A stretch of 63,562 bases of DNA, the filler included, from Collodictyon triciliatum (taxonomy: Eukaryota): assembly GCA_043381765.1 (NCBI GenBank). It is 9 parts of 9 records of this genome, joined end to end, with 100 filler letters (N's around TTAATTAATTAA, not from the genome) between each part and the next. Parts side by side here need not be neighbours in the genome. Positions count along the whole stretch, not along the records: positions 49,534 to 56,498 come from JBHJMP010004140.1; positions 56,599 to 63,562 come from JBHJMP010004141.1; 7 more parts are not named here. The stretch is one strand, 5' to 3'. The stretch's first letter is position 1, and each line of letters begins with the position of its first letter. Positions 53,715-63,562 of the stretch are shown here, piece after piece. The translations under genes and the position numbers were made by a program. The notes under the pieces were generated by a model. The model was not told the DNA's origin. It made no database searches and worked only from the letters and a program-made list of their open reading frames with translations.

Positions 53715-56320
53715 TTATGCATTTGAATCGGAAAAAGATGGTTTGTATCGGTCGCTGAAGTCATCCTCGCTCAGATATCCGTCTTTTCTTTGGGAACGTC
53801 CACTTCTATGGTGTTTCCTTTCATTGCTCCTACTTCTTAGCCTGCGACCCCGGTGAATATGAACCTGTTTTTCTTTGCTTCGACTTCGGCTTCGGCTTTT
53901 CTTTCTTTTATCCCTGTTATCCTGTCGCTTTTCCTGGCTTCGAATTCTACTTCTTCTAGTTACGTCATGGCTCCTTAATTCGGCGCTCAGATTCTTTCTG
54001 TATTCTTCTCGATCTTTGTATCTCTCTGTGCTTCTGCTTCTGCTTCTGCTTCTGCTTCTGCTTCTGCTTCTGCTTCTGCTTCTGCTTCTGCTTCTGCTTC
54101 TGCTTCTGCTTTTGCTTTTGCTTCTGCTTTTGCTTTTGCTCCTTCTCCTGCTTCTGCTTCTTCGGAATTCATCACGAACTCTACCTCCGATTCTGGTATT
54201 TCTGTCTCTATTTCCGTCTGATTTCCAGTCATCATCTTCTTTACTCTCTTGCTCTCTTCTTTTTTGCTTCTTCCTGTCATCCTCTTTCACATGAGAATCC
54301 CTTCGTTGGCTGTTACCTTCATACCCACTGCCTGGGTTCCGAAAGACATGAAGAAAATTGCAATGCTTTCCTTTTGGGCACGTGCCTCGGAAAGAAAGAC
54401 CACAGACAGCCATGTTCCACTAAGAAACACAATAACCTGAATTATGGGAAAATATCTGACAAATACCATGTGCTAAAAAATAATTATGAATACAAATGAG
54501 ATAATACTTTTGTAATGGCTGTAAATTCAGCAATTAGGGGTCTTCCAGCATAGAATCTTCCATGGAATGTCTGGTACGCTCTATGAGTGATGGAATTATC
54601 ATTATCATATATTATTTTTTTTTTTACTAAAAGTGAAAAACAATATGACGCACTGTGAACTTTTATCCATTTAATTAAGATTGAAGCGAAATGATTCGAT
54701 TAATTCGATAAACCTCATCGCGTCCTCGAGACTGTCGTATTGCACGTATAGATTTCCCCTGAGATGGGGCGCATGATTTCGACAGACCTTTATCGATTTA
54801 ATTATGTTATATTATAGTAATGATGAGATTTCAATATATTCAGATTCTAAACAAGTGCAACGAATGAACACTTTAAATTGCGATATCGGGCCTATGGCTG
54901 CGAATTCTGGGAAAACATCCTCATAAAAGTCTTCAAAATGCTGCATAACTTCACTTTCGTCATACTAGATTTAAATGAGAATTATGAAGCAATTAGCTAA
55001 TTAAAAAAAGGAGTGGAAGAGTGCTGGGCACCTATAATAACAAATATATGTATTAGTTTTAAGTTCATACCTCGAGGCCTTCATCTCCATCTTTGTCTAT
55101 TTCACGGAGGTTGATACCATCATACATGTTTTTAAACAAGAGTGTATGACTTATGGGGATGTATGGATGCTTTCTTCCTGTTAATGCAGGCACACACGAC
55201 ATTATTGTTTCAAAATGTGCGTCGAATGTACGTGCTTCTAATGTATAATGTATTTATTTTTGGTGGGGTCATAATTATGTAAATTTACCGCATTTATCGG
55301 CAAATCTACATGAGCCTGTTTTCAAATAAAAGGGGCAGTTGACCATGTCCTTTGGTAATAAATCGATGTTAATTAGTTTTGTGGGTCTGAAATACAGATT
55401 CTTACTTTTCATTCAAATTGTTCTTACAAATTTTACAAATGAACAAAACAAAACAGAACAGAACAAAACAAAAACCGAAATACCATTTCTGTTCCAATAT
55501 TGGCTAATTCAAATGCAAAAACACCAGCAGAGTTCTCCACCGATGCAAAGTTGTCTATTCTATCTTCAGCACTAGACGAGTTTTTCTGCGTAAAGGACAA
55601 TAGACAAGTTGTAGAAATAAAACAACTAATGAAGATAATACTCTAGGTGATGTTTGAATGTGCAATATTGGGGGAAGAGAATTATGAAGCAGCACTGCAT
55701 GCTGGGAAAAAGATACGATCACTTCCATATATTTTCTTTTCCCAAGATTTATTTTACATCCAGAAAAAATACGGTAACTTCATCAAAGAAAATCTTCTAT
55801 ACAATGGTGTATTATTGACACGTAAAATTACACATTAAAAATTCCATATATAAAAGTGTAATGTTGGATATGCCAATAATCTTGAGCCGATATGACAACG
55901 TCAAAACGGCATTTTTAGCAGTCTTACAGGATTTGGTCTCTTCTTTGCTAAGAGTAGCTTCATCTCTTCTTTGAGTCGAACTTTCATTACATTTCGCTGA
56001 TAATCCTCTTCCCAATACATCTCCAAGTTCTTTGATGTTAAGTGATGATGTTGATACACTGGTTATATTTTTCTCTAGCTCTTGTAGCCTTCTTTGAATT
56101 AATATTCGATGTATGGGCATGAGTATTGTCCAATCAGTAAATGCAACTTACTTCAGCCTTTTCTCTCTTTTTCTCATGCTCTGCATCCAGTTCTAAGTTT
56201 CTTTGGATCCACCTCCGCTCGTTCTCTTCCAACTCGCGTCGATACTTTTCTTCATCAAATGCATCTGCAACTAATTCGTCTGACAGGTCGATTGAGGCAT
56301 CTTTCTCGACAGAATGTTCC
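53715..56320 (-). CDS. ZRSR2: U2AF35-related splicing factor ZRSR2/Urp (CCCH-UHM-CCCH-RS); 5' partial
   Basis: [85 protein letters not shown], long RS tail. Confidence 0.93.
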
Positions 56321-56326
56321 CTACAT

Positions 56327-56440
56327 ACATTTACATTTACATTTACATTTACATTTACATTTACATTTACATTTACATTTACATTTACATTTACATTTAC
56401 ATTTACATTTACATTTACATTTACATTTACATTTACATTT
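56327..56440. repeat. (ACATTT)n microsatellite
   Basis: Intronic tandem hexamer. Confidence 0.95.
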
Positions 56441-57488
56441 GTATTACTACATAAATTTACATACATAAATTTCATTTCATGAGAATAATAACATACAANN
56501 NNNNNNNNNNNNNNNNNNNNNNNNNNNNNNNNNNNNNNNNNNTTAATTAATTAANNNNNNNNNNNNNNNNNNNNNNNNNNNNNNNNNNNNNNNNNNNNGG
56601 CGGACAAAGCAGTCTTCGTCTTTGAAGAGTTCGTTCTCAATCGCACTTTTTGATCGCGGTACGTCAGCCACGAATGATCGATCGGGAGGTTCCGTTTCCC
56701 GAAGCAAGGTCGACCGTGCACGAGGCTGACTGGCGCTTTGGTGGGTCGAAGTCGAAGAGTGAGGTTCCTGTCCAGCCCAAAAGTGCCAAGACTGTCAGTC
56801 GCATGCCACCGCATCGAAACTCGGTCGGTTCTGTTTGCTCTGGGTGAGGGACAACGCTCCATGTTTCTTCTCAGCAGGCTTCACCCGAGAAGAGAATGAG
56901 CACGGCAACAACGCAGACAACACAGTTGAATGGCGAAGTGGCATCGCCTTGTTCTCTCTTGTTGCATCGCCTTTGCAGCACATGCCCGAAAGAGTACAAG
57001 GGCATCGCGTTGAAGACTGAATCATCATGTCTCACACGCTCGTTTCTTTGTTCTTTGTTCTTTTTTTTATTTCTTTTTCTTTTCATAATTATTTTTTTTT
57101 GATGATTATTTGGCAACAAGTCAACAAAGAGAGATTGCATGAGTGTGGTGACAACACGTAAATTACGAGAAAAAAACAATGCCTGGCATTAGAATCCATA
57201 GATGGTGATAAGTTGCTTTTGAGTCGATATCACAGATGGTAAAACCGTTTTAAGGAAAGAAACCGGACTTAGTTCATGGTGCAGTATTTCAACGAAGCAA
57301 GAAAGGAAAAGAAAATCTAAGAGGAAAAGCGAAGCTAAGGGAAATGATTAAGGAAAAGGGTAATTGAATGGTTGCGTCAATATTCTAAGTCACTCATCCC
57401 TAACCCCATCACCTTAAAAGCAACAATCAATAACTTCAAAAAAAAAAAAAAAAAAAAAAACTGCCCGTATCCAAACAGCGGTGTTCTC

Positions 57489-63395
<5,907 letters not shown>

Positions 63396-63439
63396 TATGA
63401 CAGAAAATAGAGAAAATGTCAAACTACATGTTCCATGAA

Positions 63440-63562
63440 TCATATCATATCATATCATATCATATCATATCATATCATATCATATCATATCATATCATAT
63501 CATATCATATCATATCATATCATATCATATCATATCATATCATATCATATCATATCATATCA
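63440..63562. repeat. (CATAT)n microsatellite
   Basis: Tandem pentamer running to the window end. Confidence 0.97.

Noticed and set aside
56599-57030. GC-rich coding-like fragment at a scaffold start
   Set aside because: Probably the end of a gene, but strand and frame cannot be settled and no motif is recognised.

Overview
AT-rich, intron-dense eukaryotic DNA from a flagellated protist (CFAP57 present). A COX subunit resembling Dictyostelium subunit VI hints weakly at Amoebozoa. The window is not one locus: it is nine unrelated ~7-kb scaffolds joined by eight 100-bp N44-TTAATTAATTAA-N44 spacers, so adjacency across spacers means nothing. Recognisable host genes: IQ-DH-PH RhoGEF, COQ4 (partial), PDK1-like kinase, Tim44/MRPL45-like, VPS45, a Man1/Src1-like nuclear envelope protein, a kelch protein, a COX4-family subunit, a sorting nexin, a Cache-HAMP class III nucleotide cyclase, INTS13, an intronless DUF2817-like peptidase, ZRSR2 and CFAP57. 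There are three tRNA genes (Lys-TTT, iMet, Gly-TCC). The most notable accessory features are: (i) a decayed Fanzor1 (eukaryotic TnpB-family RNA-guided nuclease) that keeps its D-E-D triad and is followed by a well-paired, pseudoknotted omegaRNA-like element just upstream of tRNA-Gly; (ii) a dispersed family of 22-51 bp poly(A)-tailed retro-insertions with 13-18 bp target-site duplications; (iii) L1/Tx1-like LINE remnants, one abutting tRNA-iMet and one internally deleted; (iv) a bacterial-type sensor cyclase with guanylyl-cyclase-like specificity residues. All family calls come from motifs recognised by eye; no database searches were run, and exon boundaries are approximate.
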